Shown here: one piece after another, positions 62,559 to 64,000 of the stretch
Layout of the letters: each line of letters starts with the position of its first letter
How positions within the stretch are numbered: position 1 is the first letter of the stretch
DNA from: Chiloscyllium plagiosum
Taxonomy: Eukaryota
DNA length: 64,000 bases
Assembly (NCBI RefSeq): GCF_004010195.1
Contig: NC_057723.1
Location: 47,146,532-47,210,531 of the forward strand
Reading direction: 5' to 3'
The notes under the pieces: model-generated
The model's database searches: none
What the model was told of the DNA's origin: nothing
The model's input: only the letters and a program-made list of their open reading frames with translations
Translations under genes and position numbers: made by a program

Positions 62559-63679
62559 TATCCTAGTCAGAACGAAAATGTGCAACCAGAAAAGTACCAG
62601 AAAGCTACACATTCTCTCTTATTGTGTGTCTCTTATCTCGGTGCCACTCTCTGTCTGCTATGATGCACTGTGTAACACCTTTCCAGACACTGAATCTTTA
62701 GGTTCCCAATATTGGATTCTGCCTGCTTCAAACTCATCTAATGGTTTGACGTGGGCAACCTTCTGTGTCTGGCTTTGCAGATTGCCATACAGATTTCCTC
62801 TGCCTCAGCTCCTGCCTGCTTGACTCTCATCAGGAGTTAAAATCAGTTTTCTTGGATATTTCTCAGGGCATTGCTTGCATCTTGCATCATTGTTACACAA
62901 CTTCAGGTTTAATAGCACTGACCATTCTTTAACAGATCCCTGTCATTAACAGTAAGGAATAGAGAATAAGACAAGGGAAGTATGAGTCAGTGTGTTTGAA
63001 TTCTTCTCAATTTAATTCTTAGAAAAAAAGACTGTTTCATTAAATGTCATTCTCATTTACTGTTAGGGATTATGGAAATATCCTCCAGGAGTCTTTTTAC
63101 CAGTAAAATGCATGTGATTAATTGTGTTGTTAAGCACTCTCTTGATTCCTGGTTAATTAAACATGAGTGTAAACAATATTGGAAAAGGACAGTTTTAACA
63201 AGTGTGTTTTTGGTTTGAAAGGAGAAAAGCTGATAAACTCAAATGATTTAATTTGTTGCTTATCAGGTAGAATTTCAAATGTCATGGGTTAGTCCCTAAC
63301 TAAAATGAGTTTGTGCCATTTGGAGTCTGATAAGCAGGTTCTAAGGGATGGTTTATGAGATTAGCAGAAGCTTGTTTAAATACGAAACAAATTATGGTTC
63401 AATAGCTGTTTTTAAGTAAATAAGAGTGCCTATACTGTTTCAATTACAGAAATTAAAACAAAATCTTCTTTCCAGTTCAAATGGCATAAGTTGCCACTAA
63501 TTTGTTCAACAAATGAATGGTATGGATAGTGGTGAGAAAGGTGGAAATTATGGTAAAAATATATGAAAAAAATCTTGGTGTTAAGAAGAAAGCTCCTGAT
63601 ATTCTCTCTAAGGTGTAATTGTTGGGCTCAGAATCCAGCTAAAGAATGGTGACAAGCTCATTTCCATCTACATCTCATC

Positions 63680-63900
63680 ACAGAATCATAGAAGTGTTAT
63701 AGGGCAGAAGAAGGCCAGTTGGCCCATCCTGTCCAGATGATTAGCTAATTTATTTATTAGCCAAACTCACCACATTTCTGTCTAGCTACTAATTCTCCTC
63801 TCCTTCCCTGAGAAACTAGAGGGTGCCAATTCCTCCCATGAAAACCTGATTGATTTCCTGGTGGCAGCCATTTGCTTCTCTGGGCCTTCATACTACTGGA
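63680..63900 (-). mobile_element. Old CR1 3' end
   Basis: ACAGAATCATAGAAGTGTTATAGGGCAGAAGAAGGCCAGTTGGCCCATC. Confidence 0.6.
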
Positions 63901-64000
63901 TCTTCATCACTCTTTCCCTGCATGCTCTATGGACACCGTCCTCTCTTACTCTTCATCCGTACAAGTGGGCAACCCTAAGCCATATCATCATGGCTGTTTT

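Noticed and set aside
12-62823. The many 60-130 aa ORFs as host genes
   Set aside because: They are antisense or off-frame readings of SINEs and LINEs, or of chance length; no consistent exon chain was seen.

Overview
Repeat-dense eukaryotic DNA, inferred to be from a cartilaginous fish (shark) because of many HE1 SINEs and HER1/CR1 LINEs. No intact host gene or convincing host exon is visible, so this is probably an intron or intergenic region, and nearly all ORF-track entries are transposon debris. Family names come from recalled motifs, not database searches. Contents: a near full-length decayed L1 (about 31.7-38.2 kb) with two nested CR1 insertions; many CR1/HER1 fragments; tRNA-derived SINEs; Tx1 3' ends, including a tandem dimer; Harbinger remnants; a pogo/Tigger-like MITE; and tentative KDZ/Zisupton, Gypsy gag and R4-like fossils. 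The most notable signal is a set of Penelope-like (PLE) derivatives from three sequence subfamilies carrying minimal hammerhead ribozyme motifs. Several are short fold-back elements, some flanked by perfect target-site duplications (TSDs), whose inverted arm consistently omits the last 33-39 nt of the 3' end. Two have short reiterated repeats at the inversion junction.
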